This document shows, one piece after another, positions 8,231 to 18,098 of a DNA stretch of 54,370 nucleotides. The stretch comes from Solirubrobacterales bacterium. Its GTDB lineage: Bacteria; Actinomycetota; Thermoleophilia; Solirubrobacterales; Solirubrobacteraceae. The stretch lies in NCBI GenBank assembly GCA_019244745.1, contig JAFASF010000215.1, positions 1-54,370 on the forward strand, in the 5' to 3' direction. A model generated the notes under the pieces. That model had not been told where the DNA came from. It did not search any database and was given only the letters and a program-made list of their open reading frames with translations. Both the position numbers and the translations under genes were made by a program. Within the stretch, counting starts at the first letter, position 1. Each line of letters begins with the position of its first letter.

Positions 8231-9102
8231 CGCCGGGGATTCACCGGATCGAGTCAGACCTCGGTCCACGCTTCATGGCCCAGTACCTCATCATCGGCGC
8301 TGAGCGCACGGTGCTCGTCGACACGGGATTGGCTCAGACGCCCGACGCGGTTCTGGTGCCGGCGCTCGAGCGCGCCGGAGTCCAGCCGGACCTGGTGATC
8401 GTCAGCCACGCCGACCTCGACCACTGCGGCGGGAACCGACGGATGCGCGAGCGCTACTCGAGCGCGCTGTTTGCCTGCCACGAGCTGGACCGCCGGTGGG
8501 TCGAGTCCAACGCCGCGATGGTGGCCGAGAACTATCGCTGGCACGCGCCGTACGGTCTCCAACAGCTCGACCAGAGCGAGCTTGACGACATGCTCGCCCA
8601 GCTCGGCGGCGATTCCCCGATCGACATCGGGCTGCGCGGCAGCGAGACAATCCGGCTCGCCCCCGGCCGGCGGCTCGAGCTGCTGCACCTTCCGGGGCAC
8701 ACGCCTGGCCATGTCGGCCTCTGGGACCCCTCGGCTCGGGTGGCGATCGTCATCGACGCCGCCCTGTCCGACGGGATCTACGATCGCGCGGGCAACAAGC
8801 TGATCCCGCCCCGCTACTACGACGCGGAGGCCTACCGCGCGACGATCCGGCGCATCCGCGCCCTCGAACCGCAGCTGTTGCTGACTTCCCACTACCCGCC
8901 GATGAACGGATCCGAGGCCCGGGCCTTCTGCGAGCGGTCGCTCGGGTACGTGGACGCGGTCGAGGCGGTCGTGCGAGAGGGGCTGGCCGCCGGCGAGAAC
9001 AGCCTCGGGCAGCTGGTGGAGCGCGTCGACGAGCGACTCGGGCCCTTCCCGGAATTCACGGTTGAGATCGCCGCGGGGGTCCGCTCGCACCTTTCCTCGT
9101 AG
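8218..9102 (+). CDS. MBL-fold metallo-hydrolase
   Basis: SHADLDHCGG, PGHTPGH and TSH motifs; start ATG 8218. Confidence 0.88.
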   Translation: MDEVAPGIHRIESDLGPRFMAQYLIIGAERTVLVDTGLAQTPDAVLVPALERAGVQPDLVIVSHADLDHCGGNRRMRERYSSALFACHELDRRWVESNAAMVAENYRWHAPYGLQQLDQSELDDMLAQLGGDSPIDIGLRGSETIRLAPGRRLELLHLPGHTPGHVGLWDPSARVAIVIDAALSDGIYDRAGNKLIPPRYYDAEAYRATIRRIRALEPQLLLTSHYPPMNGSEARAFCERSLGYVDAVEAVVREGLAAGENSLGQLVERVDERLGPFPEFTVEIAAGVRSHLSS

Positions 9103-9114
9103 CTGCGGACGTAG

Positions 9115-9954
9115 TCAAGCGGCCGAGCCGTATAGCGCGTCCGGCTCGGCCGTGTCCTCCATCCCCCACCCGCCCATCAGGTAGTAGTGGACGGCGCGGA
9201 TCGAGGCGATCCCGACGTGCCGGTCGAATCCGTCCAGGTCCCCGAACTCCCCCCGCAGCCGCTCGGCCACGAACGGCTCCATGGCCTGGATCACCCAGAT
9301 CGGCACACCCTCGGCGAACGCCTCCTGGACCGCCCGCTTGAGGGCATCGACATAATCGGCGGCGCGCCTCAGCTGATCGCGTCGCATGAGTGGACCGCGC
9401 GCGGGCACGACCACGTCCGCCTCGATCTCGGCCAGCTCCCGCCAGGTGCGCGTCACGTGGCGCAGGTGGAAGTCGGCAAACACGCCGTAGCGGGCATCGG
9501 CTCGCGGACCCGCGAGGAACAGCACCCGCTGCGAGGGTAAGAAGACCGCGAGGTTGCCGGTGCCCTGCGAGGGCCCCGGGTACAGCAACTGGACATCGAC
9601 GTCCGCAAGGCGCCGATCGGCACCCGCGCCGGTAACGGTGCTGGCGGCGGGAGCCTGGTCGGGCGCCCCGCGATGCTCGATCAGCCGGGCACAGAGCTCG
9701 TGCGCGACGACGTCGGCGCCGGCGGCCAGCACCGCGGTCTTTCCGGAGTGATCGAGATGGTCGATCGTCGTGATCACCGCCTCGATCGGCCGACCGTGAG
9801 CTGCACTCCCGATCGCCTCCAAATACCCGCGCGCGGCGTCGTCGGTCCCAAAGCTATTGAGCGCGATGACACCCTCAGACGACGTCACGAACATGGCCCG
9901 GTGGTCGTCGGTGGCCACCGTGAACACCCCGTCCGCGATCTCCTCCGGCTTCAC
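9115..9954 (-). CDS. MBL-fold protein, degenerate paralog of the upstream gene
   Basis: TIDHLDH; shares the GGWG(M/L)ED C-terminus with 9951..10865; GTGA coupling. Confidence 0.82.
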   Translation of the reverse strand: MKPEEIADGVFTVATDDHRAMFVTSSEGVIALNSFGTDDAARGYLEAIGSAAHGRPIEAVITTIDHLDHSGKTAVLAAGADVVAHELCARLIEHRGAPDQAPAASTVTGAGADRRLADVDVQLLYPGPSQGTGNLAVFLPSQRVLFLAGPRADARYGVFADFHLRHVTRTWRELAEIEADVVVPARGPLMRRDQLRRAADYVDALKRAVQEAFAEGVPIWVIQAMEPFVAERLRGEFGDLDGFDRHVGIASIRAVHYYLMGGWGMEDTAEPDALYGSAA

Positions 9955-10865
9955 AGCGGACCCCTTCGAGCTCCGCCGGCGTCCTCCAGACCCCAGCCTC
10001 CGGTTAGGTGGTGGACCATGAAGCGCATGACGTTCATCCCGATGTACTCCTCGAAACGAAACATGCGCCCGAGCTCCTGGCCCAGCCGCTCCCGCGACCA
10101 CGCGTCGACCGCGCCGTAGTCGTCGGGGTCGACCCCCTCCGTCAGGGCCTGGCGCGCGGCCTCGCTGATCCGCTCGTAGAACGCGAGGTTCTCGCTGAAG
10201 CCGGTCCGATCAACGGGCCAGAAATGGCCGGGGATGAACGTATCCCACTCGAGCGCCTCGAGCCGGCGCATGTTCGTCAGATAGCTGTCGAGGTGCCAGT
10301 CGGGGACGAATGTGTAGCCGACGCCGGGAATCACCGTGTCGACCATGAACAGCGCCCCCGCGTCCGGGAACCATGCGGCCACGTTGCCGCTCCCGTGCGT
10401 GGCCCCGGGATTGATCAGCTCGAACTCGGCGCCGTCGATGGCAAAGGCGCGACGCTCGCCGGACCATGTCTCCGTTGCCGGACGCTGCCCGTCTGACCCC
10501 CGCGCCGCGATCACCTGCGCGGCGTCCTCATGGGCGAGGACGGTAGACGCCTCCGGGGCGAGGTCATAGGCAAATCCCGTGTGGTCGAGGTGGTCATGCG
10601 AGTAGACCACGGTGTGGACATCCCGCCGCGGCAGCACTCGGTCGATCGCCGTGCGGTATGACGCCGCGGCCGCGGGCGACCAGAACGTGTCGAACGCGAT
10701 CACCCCTTCGTCGCCCTCGAGAAACACGCTTCGGTAGATGCCATCGGACGCCGTCCACAGTCGCTCGGACACCGGGCGATAGGAAACCGTCGTGGGAAAC
10801 GCGTAGCCGGGCAGGGGTCCGTCGATCTCGAAGATGCCCCGATGACACGTGGTCGGGTCGATCAA
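9951..10865 (-). CDS. MBL-fold metallo-hydrolase
   Basis: SHDHLDH, THG, VD and PGH ligand set intact; start uncertain (TTG 10865 preferred, 10949 possible). Confidence 0.85.
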   Translation of the reverse strand: MIDPTTCHRGIFEIDGPLPGYAFPTTVSYRPVSERLWTASDGIYRSVFLEGDEGVIAFDTFWSPAAAASYRTAIDRVLPRRDVHTVVYSHDHLDHTGFAYDLAPEASTVLAHEDAAQVIAARGSDGQRPATETWSGERRAFAIDGAEFELINPGATHGSGNVAAWFPDAGALFMVDTVIPGVGYTFVPDWHLDSYLTNMRRLEALEWDTFIPGHFWPVDRTGFSENLAFYERISEAARQALTEGVDPDDYGAVDAWSRERLGQELGRMFRFEEYIGMNVMRFMVHHLTGGWGLEDAGGARRGPL

Positions 10866-11002
10866 CGGCAGCCCGCCTTCGATGCGTGGGGTGCATCCGC
10901 CGGCGCGTCCATGGCGCCGCAAGCTTATCCGTCCGCCGGCGCCGGGCATCCCAAAAGGGTGTTTACATCCTGCTAAGCGGCATCCTCAACCCGCGGTGAT
11001 GT

Positions 11003-11032
11003 TTGACATTTGATCGAACCTACAGCTAGAGT
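11003..11032 (+). promoter_or_regulatory. sigma70-type promoter TTGACA-18-TAGAGT overlapped by exact box TTGACATTTGATC (11003-11015)
   Basis: Read directly; upstream of the LLM/ABC operon. Confidence 0.8.
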
Positions 11033-11064
11033 CGCGGCACCAGTTGGTGAGGAATTGGAGGCAC

Positions 11065-12153
11065 ATGAGGTTCAGCATCTACTCCGAAATGCAGCACTGG
11101 CCGGGCAAGTCCGCGGAACGACTGTACGCGGAGGTGACCGAGCAGGTCATCAACGCCGACCGGAGGGGCTACTCGACGTACTCGATCATCGAGCACCTGT
11201 TCTTCCCCAAGTTCTCGAGCTCGCCCGACCCGCTGGCGTTCTTCGCCCAGCTGGCCCCGCGGACGAAGCAGATCAACTTCCGGACCTTGCTCCACGTCCT
11301 TCCGTTCCACAACCCGACGATGCTGGCCTCGCGGATCGCGGAGGCCGAAATCCTCCTCGACGGTCGGTACGAGTTCGGCGTCGGCCGGGGCCACGGTTGG
11401 ATACCGCCCAAGGCCGGAGTGCGCCTGGGCGACGTGCGAGAACTCTATGACGAATCGCTCGAGCTGTTCTTCAAGGCGCTCGAGCAGGAGCGCTTCTCGC
11501 ACCAGGGCCGCTTCTACAGCGTCGATGACTCGCACATCTACCCGCCGCCGCCCCAGCGAAAGATGCGGATCTTCGTCGGCGGGACGAGCGATTACACCTA
11601 CGAGATGGCCGGCCGGAAGGGCTACGCGGTGGCGGTCCCGCCGCTGCTCCCCTACAAGGCGCTCGAGGCGCAACTGAACATCTATCGCGAGAGCGCCAGC
11701 AAACACGGCAACGAGCCCGACATCGTCTGGATCCACGCCTGTTACATGGACCAGGATCGCGAGGTCGCCAAGCGCGACGCCGAGCAGGGCATGCGTAACT
11801 TCCTGGTCGGCAACGCCTCGCCACTCGAGGAGCGGGCGTCAGACGACGCGCTGCAAGCGGCCGGTTATGGCTTCTACACCTCCGGGATCATGGAGGAGCT
11901 CGCCGCTACTCCCTACGAGGAGATGATCGCCGGAGACATCGTTTGGGTGGGAACTCCGGCTGATGTGATCGAGCGCATCGAGGAGACCATCGGGGTCTGC
12001 CCGGGTCTCACCGAGGTGGCGATCACGGTCAATGCCGGAGGGATCGAGCATTGGAAGTCGATCAAAACGCAGGAAATCTTCGCCGACTTGGTGATGCCGC
12101 ACTTCCAGGCCTCCGCCGCGCGGACGCCTGAAACGGCCGGCGCGATTGGCTGA
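11065..12153 (+). CDS. LLM-class (luciferase-like) flavin-dependent monooxygenase
   Basis: MRFSIY, EH, GRYEFGVGRG and VGTP motifs; GGAGG RBS at 11057-11061. Confidence 0.9.
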   Translation: MRFSIYSEMQHWPGKSAERLYAEVTEQVINADRRGYSTYSIIEHLFFPKFSSSPDPLAFFAQLAPRTKQINFRTLLHVLPFHNPTMLASRIAEAEILLDGRYEFGVGRGHGWIPPKAGVRLGDVRELYDESLELFFKALEQERFSHQGRFYSVDDSHIYPPPPQRKMRIFVGGTSDYTYEMAGRKGYAVAVPPLLPYKALEAQLNIYRESASKHGNEPDIVWIHACYMDQDREVAKRDAEQGMRNFLVGNASPLEERASDDALQAAGYGFYTSGIMEELAATPYEEMIAGDIVWVGTPADVIERIEETIGVCPGLTEVAITVNAGGIEHWKSIKTQEIFADLVMPHFQASAARTPETAGAIG

Positions 12154-12195
12154 GGCAATGGAAGGCACGAGCGCCGGCGACCATCAGCGCAGTAC

Positions 12196-12234
12196 GACCC
12201 GCCATCTGGGCGCCGCGCGTCCAAGCGGCGGGTC
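12196..12234 (+). other. Intergenic stem-loop before the substrate-binding protein gene
   Basis: GACCCGCC/GGCGGGTC outer arms with an inner TGGGCGC/GCGTCCA stem. Confidence 0.5.
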
Positions 12235-12259
12235 TCGAGCACAACGGAAGGGGCTTTCC

Positions 12260-13522
12260 ATGAGGAGGATGAGGGCATGGGCGGTTGCGCTGTGCGCGCT
12301 CGCCGTCCCTGCGGTTGTCGTGGCCGGCTGCGGGTCGAGTAGTAAGAGCAGCAGCACCACCACCAGTGCCAGCGGTAGCGCTACGACCACGGGAAGCAGT
12401 GCGTCCAGTGGCAAGCCGATCACCATTGGCGCCGTCATCGATCAGAGCTCGACGATGAAGCCGTTCGACAGCCCGGCGCTCGCGGCCGGACAGCTCGAGG
12501 TCGCGAAGATCAACGCGGCCGGCGGCGTCGACGGCCACAAGCTGCAGTTCGTCGTCGAGAACGACCAGCTACAACCGGCCGCAACCCGGTCGGATGCACT
12601 TTCCGTGGTAGGTAAGGGCGCCGACGTCCTGTGGGTCACCTGCGATGTGGACTTCGCGACGCCCGCCACCACGGTCGGGATAACGCACGGCCTGCTGACC
12701 ATCGCTCCGTGCATCGGGACCGACCAGCAGGGGCCGAAACGGTTCGGCTCGCTCGGCAAGCTCGCGTTCAGCTACGGCAATGTGGCGCAGGACGAAGGAG
12801 CAGCGTTCGCGCAGCTTGCGATCAAGAACGGCTGGAAGACCGCGGACGTGGTGACCGACAAGTCGATTGTCTTCGAGGTCAACGACTGCCAGGCGTTCAC
12901 GAAGCGGTTCACCGAGCTCGGGGGCAAGGTGGTGGCCCAGGACAGCTTCACCCAGGGAGATCACACGGTTGGCTCGGTGGCGTCCAAGGTGAACGGCCAG
13001 AAGGCGGCCGCCGTGGCGCTCTGCACCTATCCCACGCCCGCCGGCGACCTGCCGGCGTTCGTGTCGGATCTAAGGAGCCTGGGCAACAACACGCCGATCG
13101 TGGGGCCGTGGTCGCTCGACGGAGCCTTCTGGCTGCCCAAGGATCCGAAGATCTCGAACAACATCTGGTACGTCACCTACGCATCCGTCTACGGCGATGA
13201 CCCAGATCCCGCGGTGCGCGCGCTCGAGGCCCAGTTGACGCAGTCGGGGAACCCTCCGGCCACGGGCGGCTTCGTGACCGGAGCCGCGGCGGTGGACGGC
13301 ATCGCCGCCGCGATCAAGGCAGCCGGTGGCTCGACTAACGGGGCCAAGCTCGCCTCGGTCATGGAGGGGTTCCACAACCTCCCGACGGTGTCCGGCCTGG
13401 TGAGCTTCTCGCCCGCACTGCATTCGGTGTATGGCCGCTCCTACAGGATCATGCACATCGTCGATGGAAAGGCCAAGTTCGTCGGGCAGATCAAGGCGAC
13501 GAGCCCAGCCAACATCGGCTGA
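12260..13522 (+). CDS. Liv-type (HAAT) ABC substrate-binding lipoprotein
   Basis: Lipobox VAGC, Ser/Thr linker, INAAGGVDG motif. Confidence 0.9.
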   Translation: MRRMRAWAVALCALAVPAVVVAGCGSSSKSSSTTTSASGSATTTGSSASSGKPITIGAVIDQSSTMKPFDSPALAAGQLEVAKINAAGGVDGHKLQFVVENDQLQPAATRSDALSVVGKGADVLWVTCDVDFATPATTVGITHGLLTIAPCIGTDQQGPKRFGSLGKLAFSYGNVAQDEGAAFAQLAIKNGWKTADVVTDKSIVFEVNDCQAFTKRFTELGGKVVAQDSFTQGDHTVGSVASKVNGQKAAAVALCTYPTPAGDLPAFVSDLRSLGNNTPIVGPWSLDGAFWLPKDPKISNNIWYVTYASVYGDDPDPAVRALEAQLTQSGNPPATGGFVTGAAAVDGIAAAIKAAGGSTNGAKLASVMEGFHNLPTVSGLVSFSPALHSVYGRSYRIMHIVDGKAKFVGQIKATSPANIG

Positions 13523-13533
13523 GCGCAAGGAGC

Positions 13534-14316
13534 GTGACGGACGAGCGTTCGTCGGCTGAGCGTCGGCCTCCCGGAGCACTGCTTCGGGCGGCCGACGTGG
13601 CCCGCTCGTTCAAGGGGGTTCAGGCGCTTCGCGGGGTGACGTTCGAGCTGGGGCAGCACGAGGTGGTGGGTCTGATCGGCCCCAACGGGGCGGGCAAGAC
13701 CACGCTGATCAACTTGATGACCGGCTTTGACCTGCCGACCTCTGGGACCATCGAGCTCGGTGGACAGGACGTGACTCGCTGGCGTCCCGCGCGCCGAGCA
13801 AAGGCCGGGCTGGCGCGCACGTTTCAGCATGGTCACCTGTTCGGAGGTCTGTCGGTCCGGGAGAACATCGAGCTGGGCGCGCTCGGCGTGGGAGCGCGCA
13901 GCGGCGAGGCCCGACGGCGGGCGGATGATCTGCTCGACGCCCTGGAGCTGCGGGCGCACGCCGACGTGAGGGCCAGGTTGCTCCCCCACGGTGAGCAACG
14001 GAAAGTCGGCGTGGGCCGGGCGCTCGCGAGCCGTCCGAGCTACGTCCTGATGGATGAGCCGGCGGCAGGACTCGCGGAGTCCGATATCGAGCCGTTCGCG
14101 CAGGTGATCCGGTCGGTGCGCGACGGCTTCGGCGCCGGGGTCTTGATCGTCGATCACAACATTGCGCTGATGATGGAGGTCAGCGACCGGATCGAGGTGC
14201 TCGACCAGGGGCGGACGCTGGCGCGGGGCACTCCCGAGGAGATCAGGCAGAACATCGACGTCGCGGCCGCGTACCTTGGATCGAGCGGCGTCACCGGGGC
14301 GAGCGCCGGTGCCTGA
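13534..14316 (+). CDS. ABC ATP-binding protein, LivG-like
   Basis: GPNGAGKT, ARTFQ, LPHGEQ, DEPAAG, AYLG. Confidence 0.93.
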   Translation: MTDERSSAERRPPGALLRAADVARSFKGVQALRGVTFELGQHEVVGLIGPNGAGKTTLINLMTGFDLPTSGTIELGGQDVTRWRPARRAKAGLARTFQHGHLFGGLSVRENIELGALGVGARSGEARRRADDLLDALELRAHADVRARLLPHGEQRKVGVGRALASRPSYVLMDEPAAGLAESDIEPFAQVIRSVRDGFGAGVLIVDHNIALMMEVSDRIEVLDQGRTLARGTPEEIRQNIDVAAAYLGSSGVTGASAGA

Positions 14317-15022
14317 GGCGATCCTCGAGCTCGATCGCGTCGAGGCCAGCTACGGCCCCGTCCCGGTTGTGCGGGGCGTGTCGCTCACCGCGCGCGGCGG
14401 CGAGATCGTCGGCCTGATCGGGCCCAACGGCGCCGGGAAGACGACGACGCTGCTCACGATCATGGGCGTCGTCCCCTGCGCCGGAGGCGAGATCAAGTTC
14501 CGCGGCGAGTCCATCCGGGGCGTACGTCCCGAGAAGGTGGTCAGACGCGGAATCGCTCTCGTGCCGGAAGGGCACCGCATCTTTGGCGACCTCACCGTGG
14601 CCGAGAACCTCCGCCTGGGGCTCGCCGGGCGACCGTCCCCCGACGGTCTGTCCGAAGACCTCGAGTGGATCCACGGCATCTTCCCCGTGGTGAACGAGTT
14701 CCGAGACCGTCCGGCGGGTGCGCTCTCCGGAGGCCAGCAGCAGCAGCTGGCGATCGCGCGCGCCCTGATCGCCGCGCCCCAGCTGCTGCTCCTCGACGAG
14801 CCGTCGCTCGGACTCGCGCCGTCGGTCGTCGATGACGTGCTCAGGGCGCTCGGGGAGATCCGCGGGCGGGGCGTGACGATGGTTCTGGTCGAGCAGCGGG
14901 CGCAGCTCATCGCCGGCTTCGCCGACCGAACCCACGTACTCAACAACGGCGAGATCCGCACCACGCTCACCCCGAGCGAGGCGAAGGACACAAGCCGTAT
15001 GATCGCAGCCTACTTCGGCTGA
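14309..15022 (+). CDS. ABC ATP-binding protein, LivF-like
   Basis: GPNGAGKT, VPEG, LSGGQQQ, DEPSLGLAP. Confidence 0.93.
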   Translation: MPEAILELDRVEASYGPVPVVRGVSLTARGGEIVGLIGPNGAGKTTTLLTIMGVVPCAGGEIKFRGESIRGVRPEKVVRRGIALVPEGHRIFGDLTVAENLRLGLAGRPSPDGLSEDLEWIHGIFPVVNEFRDRPAGALSGGQQQQLAIARALIAAPQLLLLDEPSLGLAPSVVDDVLRALGEIRGRGVTMVLVEQRAQLIAGFADRTHVLNNGEIRTTLTPSEAKDTSRMIAAYFG

Positions 15023-15906
15023 TGCTCCTACAGGCGATCATCGACGCGGTCGCGGTCGGCGCCCTGTATGCGCTTGTCGCCGTCGGGCTCGCTCTCGTGT
15101 TCGGCGTCATGCGCCTGATCAACTTCGCTCAGGGCGAACTGATCACCGCCGGCGCGTACTCGCTCTACCTCACGCGCAACCTGCCCCTGGTGGTGAGCAT
15201 CATCGTCTGTTTCGTCGTCTGTGTCGTGCTCTCCGTCTTGATCGAGCGAGTCGCCTTTCGGCCCCTGCGCGGGGCGAGCCCAGCCACGACGCTCGTGGCC
15301 ACCTTTGCCGTGGCGTTCGCGCTCGAAGCGGTCTGGCTGATCGCGTTCACTCCTCAGGGCAAGACCGCCGACCTGCTCTCCACCCTCAACCAGCCCGCGA
15401 CCCATGGGAGCCTCCATCTACGATGGTTGACGATCGTCGAGCTCGGGGCGGGCTTGCTTCTCCTCGGCGGGACGGCGCTCGTGCTGAACCGAACGACGAT
15501 CGGACTGCACATGCGGGCGGCGGCGACCAACTTCCGTGACGCTCAGCTCCTCGGCGTGCGGGCGGACCGCGTGATCATGTTCGCCTTCGTCATGGCCGGT
15601 GTGCTCGCCGCCGTGGTCTCGCTGCTCCTGACCGTCTCGCAGCCGCTCGTCACTCCCACGTTCGGCCTCGACGTCACGATCCTCGCTCTGGTCGGGGCCG
15701 TCCTGGGCGGGATCGACCGGTTGGCGAGCGCGACCGCCGGAGGCTTCCTGATTGGCTTCATCACGTCGTTTCTGGGCGATGAGCTCCCGGCGTCGCTGAG
15801 CAACTTCTCCCTTTCGTTCACCTTCGGGATCGTGATCCTGGTGTTGCTCATCCGCCCGGCCGGGTTGCTGGCGGCCCTCGGGCAGTCGAGCGTGGAGCGG
15901 GTATGA
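15022..15906 (+). CDS. ABC permease, LivH-like
   Basis: YALVAVGLALVFGVMRLINFAQGE motif. Confidence 0.93.
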   Translation: MLLQAIIDAVAVGALYALVAVGLALVFGVMRLINFAQGELITAGAYSLYLTRNLPLVVSIIVCFVVCVVLSVLIERVAFRPLRGASPATTLVATFAVAFALEAVWLIAFTPQGKTADLLSTLNQPATHGSLHLRWLTIVELGAGLLLLGGTALVLNRTTIGLHMRAAATNFRDAQLLGVRADRVIMFAFVMAGVLAAVVSLLLTVSQPLVTPTFGLDVTILALVGAVLGGIDRLASATAGGFLIGFITSFLGDELPASLSNFSLSFTFGIVILVLLIRPAGLLAALGQSSVERV

Positions 15907-17081
15907 GTCGGGTCGCGGCGGCCCGCCCCTTGTTGGCCCCGGTACTGCTGATCCTGGCCGTGGCGCTGATCGGTAGCACCACGTCGACCGCCACGCAGCA
16001 GAACTTCATCACCGCTCTGGTCTCGGTGACGATCGTCGTCGGCCTGTACGTGTTCATCGGCAATGCCGGCGTGATCTCGTTCGGTCAGATCAGCTTCGTG
16101 GCCATCGGCGCCTACAGCGCGGGGGAGCTGACGCTCCCCACCCAACCCAAGCATTTCGTCCTCCCCGGCTTGTGGTCGTTCATCCAGAATCACTCGGTGG
16201 GCAACATCCCGTCGCTGGCGATCGCCGCGGGCCTGGGCGCGCTCTACGCGCTTGCCGTCGGCCTGCCGCTGATGCGGCTCTCCGGGCTCGCCGCCGGCAT
16301 CGCGACGTTCGCGGTGCTCGAGATCACCTACAACGTGCTGACCTTCTGGCCCAAGATCGCGCCGCAGAGCGGACAGACGCTTTCGCTGGTGCCGACGACC
16401 ACGGGCCTCACCCAGGCCACGGTGGGCGCGATCATCGCCGCAGCCGCCGCGTTTCTGTATCAGTCGAGCCGCCGCGGGCGGCTGCTCCGCGCCTCCCGCG
16501 AGGACCCAGCCGCCGCGCAGGCCGCGGGCGTGAACATCCGCCGGGAGCGTCTGATCGCGTTCACGCTCTCGGGCGCGATCGCCGGCCTGGCGGGAGGGCT
16601 CCTGGTCCATCAGATCGGTTCGATCATCCCCTCCCAGGTCTACCTCGACCTGACCTTCCTGACCCTCGCCATGCTCGTGGTCGGCGGCACCGGGAGCCTG
16701 TGGGGAGCGACGGTCGGGGCAATCATCGTGAGCCTTCTCGACACCTACCTGAGCAACGCCGAGAACGGCCTGCACCTGGGGTTCTTCAAGCTGACGCTTC
16801 CCTCCGGCGCCGCCGACCTGATCCTGGGACTGCTGATGGTCGCGATGCTGATCTTCCGTCCGCAGGGTCTCACCGGCGGGCGCGAGTGGGACCTGACGAT
16901 TCCACACCTCCGCAGGCGCCGCTCCGAGACGCGGGCGGATGCGAGCGGCGCTTCGGGCCTCGATCAAGCGTCGCTGATAGCGGAATCACCGAACCCGACC
17001 GACAGCGCTACCGAGCCAGCCGCCGAGCGTCCCGCGCCACCGGTCGAGTCTCCACTCTCGGGTCCCCGGCCGGAGGGCTGA
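15903..17081 (+). CDS. ABC permease, LivM-like
   Basis: GVISFGQ, RASREDP.AA.A.GVN, VVGG.GS and RPQGL motifs. Confidence 0.92.
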   Translation: MSRVAAARPLLAPVLLILAVALIGSTTSTATQQNFITALVSVTIVVGLYVFIGNAGVISFGQISFVAIGAYSAGELTLPTQPKHFVLPGLWSFIQNHSVGNIPSLAIAAGLGALYALAVGLPLMRLSGLAAGIATFAVLEITYNVLTFWPKIAPQSGQTLSLVPTTTGLTQATVGAIIAAAAAFLYQSSRRGRLLRASREDPAAAQAAGVNIRRERLIAFTLSGAIAGLAGGLLVHQIGSIIPSQVYLDLTFLTLAMLVVGGTGSLWGATVGAIIVSLLDTYLSNAENGLHLGFFKLTLPSGAADLILGLLMVAMLIFRPQGLTGGREWDLTIPHLRRRRSETRADASGASGLDQASLIAESPNPTDSATEPAAERPAPPVESPLSGPRPEG

Positions 17082-17123
17082 GCGGCATCGCCCGTAGGCG
17101 CTGCCGCGCCCAGAGGGTCGAGG

Positions 17124-18098
17124 ATGCCCACGCCGGTACATGTCGGGGTTCTGCCGAACCGACCGATCGAGGACATCGCGGCCCTGGCCCAGCACGCCGA
17201 GCAGCTCGGCTTCGCCGGAATCTGGGTCGCGGACTCGCAGTCGATCTTTCGCGACGCGTTCGCCGCGTTGACGCTCTGCGCAATGCGGACCCGCCGACTC
17301 GCGCTCGCGACCGGCGTGACCAACCCGGTGACACGCCATCCGGCAACGGTGGCCTGCAGCATGGCAACGCTTGACGAGCTGTCGGGAGGCCGCGCGATAC
17401 TCGGCATCGGCGTCGGCGAGAGTTCGGTCGAGACACTGTCGCTCAAGCCCGCGCGGCTCGCGCGGCTCGAGCAGGCGGCCCGGGTTATGCGCGGGCTGCA
17501 GGCGGGCGAGGAGGTCGAATGGGATGGCGCGCGGATCCGCTTGACCTGGTCGACGCGCGCGATCCCGATCGTGTTCGCCTCCTCCGGCCCGCGGTCGCTC
17601 GAGACCGCCGGCCGGGTCGCCGATGGCGTCCTCTTCCAGGCCGGCGCGAGCCCGAAGATGGTCAGGTACGCGCTCGATCACATAGCTCGTGGAGCGTCTG
17701 GTCGCGCCGTCAAGCGGTATCTGCGCCTCGCCTGCTCGGTCGGTCACGACCGAACCGCCGCGCGGGCGGCCGCCGCCGGCTACGCCGCCGCGGCCGCCGG
17801 AACCATCTTTCGCAGCATTCCGACAGACGTGCTCGATCCGGTTCTGGTGGCAAACATTCGCGCGCTCAAGGAGAGCTACAACTATTACGAGCACGCCAGC
17901 GCGAGCGCGCGCCACATCCAGCTCGTCACCGACCGGATCCTCGACGCGGTCGCGATCGCCGGGACCCCAGAGGAGGCAGTGCCACGATTGCGCGAGTTGG
18001 TCGCGCTCGGCATCGATGAGATCGTGGTCACGATCACGTCGCCTGACCTCGACAAAACGATCACGATTCTCGCCGAGGAGGTACTGCCGCACCTGTGA
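17124..18098 (+). CDS. LLM-class oxidoreductase, Mer-like (F420- or FMN-dependent)
   Basis: GVTNPVTRHP, ELSGGRAILGIG, GP..LE.AGRVADG and AGTP motifs. Confidence 0.88.
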   Translation: MPTPVHVGVLPNRPIEDIAALAQHAEQLGFAGIWVADSQSIFRDAFAALTLCAMRTRRLALATGVTNPVTRHPATVACSMATLDELSGGRAILGIGVGESSVETLSLKPARLARLEQAARVMRGLQAGEEVEWDGARIRLTWSTRAIPIVFASSGPRSLETAGRVADGVLFQAGASPKMVRYALDHIARGASGRAVKRYLRLACSVGHDRTAARAAAAGYAAAAAGTIFRSIPTDVLDPVLVANIRALKESYNYYEHASASARHIQLVTDRILDAVAIAGTPEEAVPRLRELVALGIDEIVVTITSPDLDKTITILAEEVLPHL

